Below are positions 47,001-61,200 of a stretch of 64,000 nucleotides of DNA, in pieces (position 1 is the stretch's first letter; every line of letters starts with the position of its first letter). The DNA comes from Trichoplax adhaerens (taxonomy: Eukaryota; Animalia; Placozoa). Made by a program: the position numbers and the translations under genes. The DNA is taken from contig NW_002060944.1 of the NCBI RefSeq assembly GCF_000150275.1, positions 5,679,102-5,743,101 of the forward strand, given 5' to 3'. Under the pieces are notes generated by a model. That model made no database searches. It saw only the letters and a list, made by a program, of their open reading frames with translations, and was not told the DNA's origin.

Positions 47001-49641
47001 TCCTCTTCAGAAGCCGATTGTTACTCCGGCAGCAAAGAATATACATTTTTTAATTTTTACATATTCGTGGGTCACTGTATAATAGTTAGTGCATTCCACT
47101 ACATGAGAATTTCGAATCTCAAGCAGCTCTCTCTCAGACGTATTAATAAAAATTAAAAACTATTAATGTTAACGGATCAAGCAGAATACTTCAGCAAAGT
47201 TTATATTATTGTACACTTTACCATTTCATATGTACATAACTGCTGATAAGTATTCTAAACAATATAAAGTTTAATCAAACTTTCACCTTTCCAGCTATAT
47301 GAAACGCCTTTTTTACTTGCTGTTGATCATTCTCGTAAATCGGTAGTTGTATCCATTCGTGGTACATTGTCATTGATTGATCTAGCTGCTGATATGATTG
47401 CTACACCAACAAAGCTCTTGGTTGACGGTGTAGAAGATGCTTATACACACCAGGTATGGAAGACTTTATTCAGTGTTAAGAGTAACGAAAAAACTGAAGT
47501 CAAATTATGGATTCTAAATATGCTTAATCCTAAAATCTAAATACGAAAATATCTGCCTACATACGTATAATTGATTGATTATTTAAATTTGGGTAGGGAA
47601 TTACTAAGTGTGCTGAAAATATCAAGCAGAAGTTAGATGAAAACAATCTACTAGCAATCGTTATGAAACAGCATTCTGTAAGTGATTATAGATATGTAGT
47701 AATGTATACAACTAGACTATATAATTAAGTTTATTAATTTGGAAACCCACCTTTAGTAGAAACTATCATATTGAAGTGATAAGGTATTTAGCTTTACAAG
47801 TTATGCACTTCACATATTTTACGCACCTATAAACACTGTATCAAGCATACAAACATCCTAATACTTAATAGTTGGCAATGACTTCAGTGATAGAAGTACC
47901 TTTGAAAGTTAATCATTTAACCGTAAATGTAATCGACTAGTGATCTATATACATGAACCATTTATGTCATTCTTATCCGTAGAGTAATATAAAATAGCCT
48001 TCGTAGTAATAAGAAATCATAGCCGAAAGCTGAACCAAAACTTGTGATTATCTAATTAATTCAATTTCACCTGAAATTGCTAAAATATTATTATCGTTTG
48101 GTAACTATAAAAATTTGTAATTACAGAGCTACCGACTTATTATTACTGGACATTCATTGGGTGCTGGTACAGCTGCTATTCTATCAATTCTTCTTCGACG
48201 TGATTATCCTAAATTGTTATGTTACGCATATTCTCCACCTGGCGGCCTTGTGAGGTGGGTACTATATTTACGATGATTCTTTATTACCATAAGCGACATA
48301 TAAAAATTAAGCTATTAACGGCTTTATTGCTAACTGAAATCATTAATTACCTAGCTCGTCACTTCGTACATATACGGAAGGGTTTATCATATCTATGGTT
48401 GTCGGCTACGACGTTATTCCAAGGTACGAAGATAAGTTATAGTACATGAGTACGCCACTTAATTATACAATCATTGCTTATTAATCACTGTAATTTATTA
48501 CCTCGTAAATTTTTGCATTGTTTAGATTGAGCAGACAGAACCTTCGTAAGTTACGCCATGAAATATTAACACAGCTTCAAGATTGTCCTTTACCAAAGGT
48601 AATTTTTAATATTTCGCACTTTTGAGTTGAAAGCGCTCGGTACTAATAATTATTAATAAGTGATAGCTTAATATACTGAGTTAGGCTTTTCTAAACGATA
48701 ATTCCTTTTTGTTACACCCAATTACGGCATGCGTTAAAGCACTAAATTATTAAATTTTGTCCATTTAGATGCAACGTAATCTCATTATTAATTTTAGTTC
48801 ATATTAATTAATTTAGTATAAAATTCTGTCTACCAGTCGCTGCTGCTGCTGTTGCTGTTGCGCACAGTTTACACTGGGCTGTTTATTGAATTGTACGGAA
48901 GCTGATCTCGAGAACGGGCAACCACCTGTTGATCCATGTAAAATATAAAATAGTATTTGATTTAGTGTAACAGCTATTTCATGTTATCAAAACATTGCAA
49001 GTATTGATATCTGTCGTTCAATTATAGATACATTATCGGATTCGGATATTATTGAACTTTTTCCGCCTGGAAAGATCGCGTACCTTACCGATAACCGGCA
49101 CTTTAAGTAAGAGCATGCCACCTGATACGATGCTTCTATGAGAACTGTTACTAATAATTAATGATTACCTAAGAGTAGATTGTTGTAAATTATGCATTTG
49201 TTTTATCTGCCTGCAATGTACTTAAAAATTAGCTAGTAGTTTAAATTTTATATCGAAATATTCGAGCATCGTAGATATTGGATTCTCTTACAATAACATT
49301 TTATTAAAGGTAGCTAATAGTCATCTCGATGCCAAATACAAGCTGTATATAAGATAATCACTTCTACTCAGTTTTAGTAGATATGAAATAGATATGAAAA
49401 AACATATTTTTTTACTGCTTGCATAAAGAACACTTACAATTCTTCGTCGCATTTTATTGATCATAGTACTACAGAAGAAACTGGGCACACAGCTTATTGG
49501 AGTGATCATCTTGTCTTTGATAAAATTTTAATGGCTGGGGCCATGATGTCCGATCATCGGCCACTTCAAGTCGGTAAAGCTTTAAATGATATTTCCGATA
49601 TGTTATCACAATGCCAGGTTAAATTGGTTACCACTGTTTAA
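44092..49641 (+). CDS. DAGL: Diacylglycerol lipase paralog B, 14 exons
   Basis: Exon 1 44092-44186 '[19 protein letters not shown]'; then 44558-44973, 45066-45370 (APSDIAAGL), 46056-46115, 46202-46326 (IYGWP), 46521-46659, 47295-47453 (IRGTLSL), 47597-47677, 48127-48254 (GHSLGAG), ~48355-48423 (GYDVIPR), 48526-48598, 48817-48937, 49028-49106 (LFPPGKI), 49467-49641 (MMSDHRP...VTTV*). Confidence 0.92.
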
Positions 49642-52600
49642 TTTTTTTATTTCACGGTCTTCCATCACAGTTTTATTGATATCCTACAATTATGATCTCT
49701 TCTGACTTAAATTTTACTATGATATATGATCTAATTTCTTCAAAATTTAAGTATCTCACTGGAAGTATAAAATTACAAGAGCCATATATGTTAAACAGAA
49801 ATAATTTTTTGTCCTATACGTATTTTTATATGACGTTGCCACTCTTGAAAAAATTATATAACAAACTCTTTTCTAACAATCATGGTACAACATCATCATT
49901 TCTCGCCCGACTTATAAATCACAACTACATTTGACTCTTTGCTTTAGTTAAAATTTATATTGTTTAGGTTCACTATTTGCTGCCGGTAATTTACTGCTTG
50001 CATTGGAAACAAATTATCTACACGTATAGGATCCGAAATGAAGATTAAAGTTAATCTGTGATACATTTTCAAAACACAATTCTGCCTTAATAATAGGCTA
50101 TATATATATATGATTTTATTATAACCTTCGAATAGCTATTTAAATCTCTTTGTATTACCTTGATTTAAAAATTAAATGCCATGCCAATAAATATTAATGT
50201 CATAACACTAATCTGCTAATCTATGCTTCTACAAGCAAACTCATATTGATCAGAAGTTGGAAAACTTGGCTTAGATCAGTAGAATCCGAAGGCATTGGAA
50301 CAATTGTGTGTACCTGCATTTAAGAGATTAAATACATACTCAATATGCCCTTTACTTAACATCCTTTGATTATACCTTCAATAGATTTAACTCTCTAAAG
50401 TAATTTCCCTTGATAGCGGTGAAAATTCCATTTACGGTATACATTGGGACAATTAGGAGTTTAATTAAGCAGGAGAAACCTATTTTACGAATTGTAAAAT
50501 GCTAGCGCGCAATATAATCACAATTTACGCTTGAGATGAGTTCTCGTATACATACCGTAGTGTAGACGAAATAAAATTTTGAATGAAACAGGCCCTATGG
50601 CTAGACATACACAGTACAAAATTCCGACTACAAAATATCAATTAACACAAAAAGTTGCTACCGAAACTAATTACGAAAAGATGACGTACTTTGCAATATA
50701 TGATACTGCAAATAGTTACCGAAGATAATTACAGCTTTTAAAAACGTCCAAAAATATAGCATTAAGGAAAATTAGGCTACACTATGCCCAAGCTTTTCTC
50801 CAATTGGTCAGCAGTGGGATTTATCTTTGTTAGGCGTACAAGTTCTATAACTTCAAAGATACGAAGATATTGAATTGACTTTTCATTAACGAAATGATAT
50901 ATTGTAAGTGATCCTCATATAAGTAAATCTAATGAATGATCGCCTCAAAATCACTTATAGGTAAAATGACTAAAATTAAAATTAAAATCATGTACTAAAC
51001 CTTACTTGTAACGACTAGTAAATAATCTTTTCAAATACAGTAAACCGATGCAAGCTGATAATAAGCTTTTGACCTTTAGCATAATTATAATAGATTGTAA
51101 AGCGATCTTAATAAGAAAAGTCTTAATAAATAATTAATTTTAAGATCATGCAGGTCCTAAAATAGATCAAGATTAAGTTAAACTTATTTATCAAATATCT
51201 CATACGAATGGGATGATAGTTCAAGTTTTTCAAGAATTGAAACTAAATGCATACCCTCATATGCAAAGATCTGTCTGCGCCTTATGATTTATTACAGTTC
51301 TACGCCTATCATACCCGAAAATAATTAGTATAATTATTTTCGTTTAAAAATTATGAATCTTAGTACAGTCTATCTGTCATTTACTTCGGGATCGCCCTTA
51401 TTTTGAATCAAGAATTGTAGTATAGATGGACCGCTTCAATTTCCTTAACGAGGTCTCTTCGATTTAATTATTATAAATTAGTGTAATTCATTAATAGCGA
51501 GTGCACTTTAAGCAAATTAGATGGTTTTACCGTGATAGCTTTCTTACAATTCGTTATTAAGTAGTAATCAATCGTTAGTGGTTTGATTTCTAACGCCTGA
51601 AGATAATACAATTTGAACAAGAAATTGCTTCTTTTGATACCGGCAGTTTAAATAATTAGTCCATGTAAAGAATTTTATACATTGAACGTTATTCTTCTCG
51701 AAATTCGCTACAAGTTATTAAAACATGCATGCTTTTTTAAACGGAAATAAAAATCACAATCATCGGATAGTAATTCCACTAATATACAGAAGTCAGATAC
51801 AAGATGATTAATAATGATCAGTTACGAAATTGATATGAATTAAAATTAAAATTATGTCTTTGAATTGCAATATATTAGCGTAAACGACTATTTCGATGTT
51901 TCTATTTTATCACATTGACTACAACACATCAGAAAAAATATTGACGTATTGTCTATTAGTATGATCATCATTCTTGTTACTTCGATAAAATTTTAATGGC
52001 AGATGCTACGACAGATATTATTTCGTTCAAGTGAATTAGCCTTTAAATTGTATTTTTAAGATGTTATTTTCCATATCGAGTAATCGATTGGTTACTGTTT
52101 AATTATTCAATTTCTTAATATGCTTATATAATACTTTGATGTCGAGATAATAATACCATACTTTATAGTCTAATAATTTGTTTTATTATGACAAGTAATA
52201 TAAATTCTTAAAAAATAAACTTTAGATATCTAGTTGAAATATGCATATTTTTACAGTCATACAAACTGTACAGAACTAATTTTTACCGTTTGAGGATTTT
52301 TACACGATACTATCATATTTGAAAATAAATATCACTGTAACAATTTTTCGGTAAAGTTTGGTATTATTTTCATCTAAATTATAAAATATAACAAAACTGG
52401 CTATAACACACGGTGATGCTAAGTGCAAATTAACATTATTTAGTTTCACTAATTGCTGCAGTTATTTCAAATTATTCACATGTACATGATCAGAAAATTA
52501 AAATCAATCTTAATTTGCGATTTGTTTCTAGTTGAGTATAATTTTTTGTTATAGTTATATACTATAACAAATTTATAAAAAGTCTTCAAATAATCATCGT

Positions 52601-52792
52601 AATTTCTGCTGATTACCATGGTTGTAAAATGTTATGCAACGCATTATAGTGTCAATCTGTTAATATAACTGTGTACTGTAGCGGTAGAGACTTTATTACA
52701 GTATGTTTTCTTTAATGATTATATTCATAGCTAATATTCTGGAAATTGATTCATGAATTGTAAATATCAACAAGCGATAAATTTCATTGGTT

Positions 52793-55700
52793 TTATATTG
52801 TAATCTCGGTATCAAAATTATGAGGGTACTGATCCATCAAGTGTAATAGTGCATCACAAATTCCATCAGGGAAGTGATCTCCAATCATACCACTTGTAAC
52901 AAGTAAAGCGTCAAATGCTGTAAAATCACTCCAAAATGCTTTATATGTTGGTTTCGAACCACATGATCTATTAATATACCATCAACATGAAATTAAACAA
53001 TTATTATGACAACTTTAATGAAGAACTTTGCATTGCACATAAGCTACTCATGCACTTGCCATGGGATTGTTGATAATTACTAAGTTACTTACGTAAGGAT
53101 TATGCAATAAACATAGTAATGTTACTATAAAGAAATAGACGAATGTACAGTAGCTCATACTGTACCTCGATGGCTGATCTTCCAAAACGTGGACTATTCG
53201 ACCAGGAAGAAATAAATCGATATCTGTTACATTACGGATAGCACCAAAAGAGCCAGAACCCACTCTAGCAGCTGTTAAAAGTGGTATAACCTCCTCTACT
53301 GTACTGTTACCACTATCATTTTCGTTATCACTGTTAATTGTGACATTATCCAGATCGATATCATTTCCTATACAGCACTGGCAGCAAGTGGTAGCAAGAC
53401 AGCAGCAGCCTGTCATTAAAACTTGATACTGGTAAGCAAAATAAATAATAGGATCGGTAGATTAGCACCGCAAATTTTGTATCAATAGTTTTAAATTTTT
53501 AGAAATAGCACTGTCATGTTACGCTCATGTACGAAAATTTAGTGCACCTTGGGTCGTCTGCAGAATCGAATGCAGGCCATAATAGATGATCGCAATTTCA
53601 TTACATTTTGAAGACTTAATCTTAGCGAATAAAAATGCCGTACTGATAATTAAATTTTTACAAAAGCGATAATTTTAAAACACTATCAGTTCAATTACCT
53701 TGGAACTAAATCATTTCTATATATTGCTGAGGTTACCAATTTTTGACTGTATTTTGAAAGTGGTATGCTTTGGAATAAATTGATGATGATGTAATGTAAA
53801 TGAGTAAAGCAATTCATGATAAATTTTTTGAATTTTAAGTGTTAAATTTGAATTAACAGCGATATACTAACCTCATTAATCCACCTGGAGGTGAATATGC
53901 ATAACACGATAATTCCGGAAAAGTAGATTCTAGTAATATAGATAAAATAGCAGCAGCTCCTGCACCTAAGGAATGTCCAACGATAACTAACTTGAATCCC
54001 TAAAAGTTATACAACACCTTATCTTTAACCAACGGATAAATCACTGGATATTTTACAGTAGATCATAAAATCTTTAAAAATATTAAATAAAAAGATAAAA
54101 ATATTGTGATGAAAATACTTACACGATAATTATTCATAATAGATCCTAGACCTACTTCTTGCTCTAGAAGAATTTTAATCTTCCGAGCACTATTGCAGAT
54201 ACCCTATTATAATTTTGGGCCACACACAAATTTATAACATAACTGAATACCTATTACTATATTTATCTACACAATATTGTAAACCAACCGAGTGAGCATA
54301 AGCATCCTCTACACCATCGATGTTTATCTCTTCAGGCAAAGCACGTAAATCTGTTAACGCGTCATGTAACGATAACGTACCACGAATGCTGACAACAATC
54401 GATTTAGTGAACCGATCAATAGCCACGAAAAATGGAAGTTCATAATCCTGCCATAGATTTACGTATAGAATCAGTCTTAGTTACCATTAAAGGATATTAA
54501 TCTAGTACTTAAAAAATATCACTACAGCACACCGCCTAATTATACTGTTCAGTTCTTATTACTCATCTTGGATATACAGTATCCTTTAATTGTTACCTTA
54601 TCGATGTAGCGAGCGTACAAAATATCTTCTCTATTTAATTTGGTTGAGGCACGTATACTAGCATAGTTACAAGAGCAACAGTTGTCCCCAACAACTGGAA
54701 GATCATCTCTTGACTTTCGAATGCATGAGCAGCAGCTTTTATACAATTAATAAAAATAAGACATCTCATTAACTAATACGACGTAATCGTTTAGGATATT
54801 TGCTGTCATTGCACCATAATTAAATTATTGTTGGATTCAAAAATGTCAGTTCAGTAATTCAAAGAATAAACTAAAGTGTATGTTAGTTACCGATAATATT
54901 GGCACAACGAACATTGACTAGATATCATGTTATGATATACATAGAATGGCCAGCCATAAGCTGCTTTGGCATAATTCGCATAATGTGTTAAGTTCCATAA
55001 AGTCATTTGATCCTCCTACGAAGCCAAAAGGAATAAATACTGATATGAAATAAAGTACCATATAACATGGATCTGGAATAATCAGTTATACTTAATAAAG
55101 TAATAGCCGATTAGGGTTAGCCAATTCATTACTCTATACGAACATTATAACGAGCAACTACAAATGGCGTGTACGATTTCATTCAATCTTATCCAAATAG
55201 ACTAGTCTTATACCTTTCTACTCATATCAAATGGATTCATAACCAATTTATTATTTCTTGTTAAGCTGCCATTCTATATCAAATTGAAATTTTCAATATA
55301 ATTTATTCACCTTCAGCTATATTTTAATTTTAGCTGCTACGTCACTCATAATCTCTGTCTATTAATTTCTAACATTTGCTAACCTTGATTTCAGCCAAGA
55401 GTTGAGAATCTTCCTGTTGGCGATGAACTAGTACTAAGCCTGCCGCAATATCCGATGGAACTGTACCCATGTTGAGAAATACAGAAGCGAATAATGCACC
55501 AAGTTCACTATAAGCTTGCCCGTCAGTATCTGCTTGCGCGCAACAACAGACTATACGACAGCGCCTTTCCCATACACGCTGGGCCCTTTCAAGCTCCTCT
55601 TGTCCTATAATATAATCATGTGTATTTAGTTTCGGCTGTGATCAAATTCACGATTCTCTTAACAATCATTCACTAAATATTTGATGTTATTAATAGGATA

Positions 55701-57621
55701 ATGAAGAACGACTAACCGAAGCGACCATCTAAAGGCAATGATCCCAAAGGATCAAATAAGCAATATGCCATAACTAAGAATATGAATAATAAGCACCAAT
55801 TGGCTAAAATAGCTGCTCGAACTACGATAATATCTTCTCCAGGGCAATCAGAGCTGTCGGCAAAAGTCCAGTACGTGCCTAAAGCTGTCCACGTTAACTC
55901 AGGCAGCATCAAGAGTAATCGAAAATATAGAAAGTATCGCAAGGAACGTCGAGGTCTACTATTATAGATAGTTCCTCGACTACTAATAATACCAATAGCC
56001 AATTCCAATATGATTAAGCATGATAATATGACAAAGACACCAATTAAGAAGATATGTAATACACTAATGCTTGGACATGGATAATTCCTATCATGGAGAT
56101 GATATATAATACCAAAAAAGACAATCCTGTTCAAAAACAGAACAAGTTCAGCATTAATAAAGATTTAATATCTATAAAAATTGAATAGAGTAACATCTTG
56201 AAATCGTCTTCATTCGTTGTTATTTCGTAAGATGATGAAATATAATAATACTAGACTTTATTTCATACAGTAGAAGCTTAGCAACATACAACATATTGAT
56301 ATAAATGCGATTAAAATATTTAGCAACCTACATTGGCTACAGTACTGGACTAAAACGCTATAACTGATCTATTTAGTAGGTATGTTATAAATATTCGAGT
56401 CATACAATGCCAATGGGCTTCTAGGTGATTAATTTGCCTAGTCCTCAACACTCTTACGAGCGGATGTCACCGTTAGTAATTTACTGTTGTATCGAAATTT
56501 GTCATTTTAACCCACTCTAATTACCTTCTGTAGCATGTGAAAAATGATTAATTATACTGTTGGAATTGAGCAAATACAATTAATAATAACACTGTATAAT
56601 TAGCAATGAAGTTGAAAACATTCTACAGTACATGATGGATGATGTTAGTGTTGTCAAGGACTACTTTTCTTGTAGTAGTGCATGTTATGCACTTGTATAT
56701 CAAACAGGATATCTTCTTGACGATGCCTATTGCTCCATTCATCCAGTTTATAGCGGCCTGTACGAGCGATCATACTGATCAAAAGTTAATAATTAATATG
56801 TTTACAACAGTTATCCAATTTCAAAATGATCTTCCACGAGTAACATCACGATTTATCTCGATGAAATATACGAATTTACTCTTATTCACAATATCTAAGC
56901 CTACTCATTGTTATAGTAGTTTTTGTGCGTTAGCCTGTACGATCGATCCATTAATTACTGATCCATGGATTAGTATTTTAGTGGCTTAAGTTGACTGTCA
57001 ACTCAAGTGATCAAGTCGATTACGGCAGTAAATTCAACTTGTTTTTGCAGTAATCTCTGGCAGTAGCTTGTACTCAGGCCGACCAATTCATTGTTGATCG
57101 TTATTGGACAGCATTCAAATGGATTTAGTTGATGCTCAAGTAGCAAGTGGATTATATTTTAGCGACATTAGGCCAGTACATTGACATCGCACCGATCCAA
57201 TCATCATTAATCGGTACCACAGTGAAGCACTATAATGGCCACAGTGGTTGCTTTAGCAAACAGAACACTCTTACGGTAAGTTATCTATATTTCAATCAGT
57301 AAGGATTACTCAAAAATGAGAGTTGTAGTCCTAGTTGACTTCGCGCTAGCCCATGAATAGCAGGTGCTGCACGAAGGTAACTACAACAATTTTGATGTGG
57401 GTTCATCATACCAATCATAACGCCATTTATCTATATTACAACATTGACCAATACTGCTAGTAGTCAAAATAAAGCTATAAAGCATATCAATTAAGTAGAT
57501 CAAGAAGAGAATTCTCTTGCATTTACCCAAAGATGTGAATAGCTGCTAATCCTAATCCAAAACAAACCAAATCATCACTGCCAATGCCCCAACGTCGGCC
57601 GAAAGCGATCAGCGCCGGCAT
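52793..57621 (-). CDS. DAGL: Diacylglycerol lipase paralog C, 13 exons
   Basis: Exon 1 57527-57621 '[19 protein letters not shown]'; then 55717-56126, ~55384-55604 (VPSDIAAGL), ~55213-55272, ~54891-55015 (AAYGWP), ~54597-54735, ~54289-54447 (IRGTLSLHD), ~54124-54203, ~53872-53999 (GHSLGAG), ~53699-53767 (RNDLVPR), ~53548-53620, 53166-53428 (LFLPGRIVH), 52793-52967 (MIGDHFP). Confidence 0.92.
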
Positions 57622-58214
57622 GATTACATCGGCTGGGAAGCAACTCAATAATTGCGCTAATAAGTTCTATTTTAAGTAGATTCGGTAATAATGCAAAGTA
57701 AGCAGCATAAAACAACAACTTTCCAGTATAATGATGCCGTAATAAATAATATTCCAGATAGAAAACAGGATGCCTGGCCAGATTGGTTCCAGCTTGGCTG
57801 GCTACAAGGCAGAAAATGGCAAAATTGCCTACTATACAAGGTACGAGTCCTGTTACAAAACAGCTTGTATTGCTTGAATGCACTGTTTGCGCTACTATAT
57901 AGTGAATAATCGTTTTCGACGTCGTTCGCAATTTCATCATTTAATAGACTCGCTTCCACCATCGCCTATCCAATACAACATGCTGTACCATGGAGAGTTG
58001 ATTGCGAATGCTTACCTGAAGGCAAAATCGTACAACTGAGATAAATTATACAGTATACTGTATCATACTGCCCATCAGTAACAGACAACACTATAGAAAA
58101 TTCGTTGGCATTGTTGAACTCGACTGTGAAGCAGCGGTGACCCTTGCAAACCTTCTAGCTGGTTGCTAAGTTGCAACTTCTCCAGCAGGCTCCAGCAGCA
58201 AGCTGAGATCAAAG
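57622..58214. promoter_or_regulatory. Putative bidirectional promoter/5'UTRs shared by DAGL-C and TELO2
   Basis: Only 593 bp lie between the head-to-head start codons. The interval is more GC/CpG-rich than the introns and contains the palindrome tacagtatactgta (~58049-58062). Confidence 0.6.
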
Positions 58215-61200
58215 ATGGACTCTGCACATTCTATTGCTCAATCTGAGGTCTATTCTATCGTTGCCAAGGTTATACGACAAATTCAAAACACTGACGATCA
58301 GAAAGAATGGTTACAAGGATTACAAGAATTTAATGCATTACTAACAGGCGTAGCACAATCACCACTCCAATCCAATCTAAATGAAATTAAGATGCAATTT
58401 ACGACCAGATATTATACCATGGCTGCCAACGCGATCATCAAGACGTATGCTAAATGGTCCACTAAAATCACTGCAGAAAATCGAGTACAGTATCTTGATC
58501 ACTTCTTTCTTAAAGGACCGTGCCATGAAGCTTTTCTTTCGCTATCCAATATATTCAATACCTCCAGGTAATCAACCCATTTATCATCATCTTATGATGT
58601 ACTATAGAAGTTAACGAGCTTGCTGATACCATGGCAAGAGTACTATACGTGATGCAAAAAAGCACTGCAATAGATAGACAACTGCATGCAATTAATATAG
58701 TACAAGGTGTATAATTTATATATCCAAGATTGAGTTTAGCATTGACCTCATACAGCATATCAACATCAATCGTGCACGATTGCATCAATATCTTGACTGT
58801 AATTCGTAGATGCATGTGCAATTATGCATGCGCAGCACCAAATACATTCTTTCTTGCAATAACCAGCTACAGCGGCTATTGGCTACGATACTCGTATAAA
58901 GACACTGTCAGTGAATTACACCAATCTAAAAATCAGCTGTACATTTACCTATCTTTATTCGCATTTAATTAATGTATATGGATGCAGATTATATCTTCCT
59001 AAATCATCTAGTTGTTAATAACATTTAATGGTTTTGAAAGCATTATGATAATTTATCCTATCTAGTCATTCTTTGGTACTACGTCAAGGGATCAATTTGC
59101 TGGACCAATTTATACAAGTTGATAGAATCAGGGATCTGATCTGTAGCTTTTCCTTGGTCAAGAGCAAGGAGATGAATGACCTTGCTAGTGCTACCTTACA
59201 GAATAATCTTTATGAACGAATTATTAGCGATCTAGCTTCATTACCTGAGCGAATTGCAAACAAGCTGGAATTAAATATCAAGTAATAAATTTATATTCCG
59301 ATCTACAATTTCTGTAATCTTTATATGCGTAAATTCATTCCTGCTGTATTTATTCTTCACTTCTTTCATGTATAGATCCAACTTTTATCCGAAATCGTAC
59401 TTTCAGCGCATAGCTCAGCAGATAGATGCTTCATTGAAGTTGATATATGAATTCATAAAAGGTACTATTCGAAGGTCAAACTAGATCAAACTATGTTACT
59501 GTAAATACCATCTTTGTTATCTAATATTGCAATATAGAAAAGTACTTGTTAATAGAGTGAAATGATGACAAGAAATAAACAAAATGTTTACAGTTGTTTT
59601 GATTATTTTGGTATTGAAACAGATGGACATTCCTACAATCTAACCTTCCTTGGTAATTTACTGGGTAAAATAACTATAATAGGCCATGCCGGTAAGTAAT
59701 ACTGTATATTGAAGACATTGTCCTTGGCCTAGGGCAAAAGCAGGAAAATTCTCATGCTAATTTGTTATAACCCGTATATACTAGATACTATATTTTATTA
59801 TCTTCTGCCATCTTGGACAATAAATACTAAGCAAAATAACTTATGGCAATCAGTAATACAAAAACTACTTTGCACTATACCGGATTCTTCTCTCGAAAAT
59901 ATACTAATAACCCTGTTAACAACTATCAAACCGTAAGTGATTTCCATTCACTCACATATAAACAAAAGAATATGTCATCAAATTGACGTTAAGTATCATT
60001 TATTGCTAGGTCATTATCTCCTAATAATCTAATTTCAAGGCTCTTGGGCAACAATATAAATGAAAGTTCGAAATTACGCTTCCTGTTTACTAAAAAATTT
60101 TTGCTACTTCGATCCTTCAAAAACGTAATACTCTTACAAAATTAGCTTGAAAAGCACGTTGTTATACTGAAGGCTAAATATGATTTCGATATTTATAGCT
60201 ATCAATACCTAAAAATATTATAAGCTACCTTCATCTACAAGGATTACAATCACTTCTATCAGAGGTAGGTTAATCGTCTATTAATCACATTACTTAGTAC
60301 AATATTTTCATTATCTTAAAAAATTGTTCAATTCTTTCATCTTACGACCACTTTAACTTTATGAAAAAAGACATTTCTGGAAGTCTTAGATGCATGGTGC
60401 AAGAAGAGCGCTATCCAATATACTGGCTATGAAGAACATCTATATCTATCACAAGTTCTATTGATACTATGTTCGCATTTAGATAAGAAAGAAGTCATTT
60501 CGAACCAACAAGGTATTATTCTTGAAATAGTACAATATTTTTAGAGATAAAGCAGTTTAAGATAACTAATTTACTGCGCTTATACTGTAGCTGTTTTAGT
60601 AAAGTTACTCCATGGTATGCAAGTACACTTAGAAAATAATACGATACAGGTAATAATAAATCAACTTTTTATATCTAATACTCATGCGCTCGAATCTCAA
60701 TTTAAATATATCATAACTTCCGCATTGTAAACCTGTTATATGGGTATATATCTCATTAGATTAGACGTCTAGGTATGATTGTTGGAGAAACATTAACGGA
60801 TGTCTTAGATAACGGAGGAAATCGTCTACGATTCGAGGTTTAGCATGACGGCATGATCAACATGTCAATCAATCAATCAAAGTTTTAAAACTAAATTTTG
60901 TTACAGTATGAAGAAAATGATGAAACTGATGAAATTAAAGCTCTTCAAAAACGACTACCAAAATTGCAAGATGGGTAAATTACCAGTCCTACTGCAGTAC
61001 GCTCTTAATTTATAGTGATTCTTATAAGCAATAACTGACATGAAATATTCATACTTTTAAACACTTAGAGAACTTGAACACACAATAAGCAAATACAATT
61101 TGGATGAACAGGAGGGGTCTGTTATCTACTATCGTATTTTACTATTAGTGATAGATTGTACGATAGGTATATGTAGCATATGCTAGATAACATCTATTGG

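Noticed and set aside
56639-57275. 116-aa plus ORF and an open ag..gt segment (57163-57275) inside DAGL-C intron 1
   Set aside because: No recognisable domain and no compatible partner exons; compatible with chance.
59560-59622. C-box-like ATGATGA in a TELO2 intron (snoRNA?)
   Set aside because: No downstream D box (CTGA) or terminal stem within the intron.
60265-60380. Possible U12 intron in TELO2 (purine-rich acceptor, CTTTAAC upstream)
   Set aside because: The donor is GTAGGT, not RTATCCTT, so it is treated as a U2 intron with a weak acceptor.
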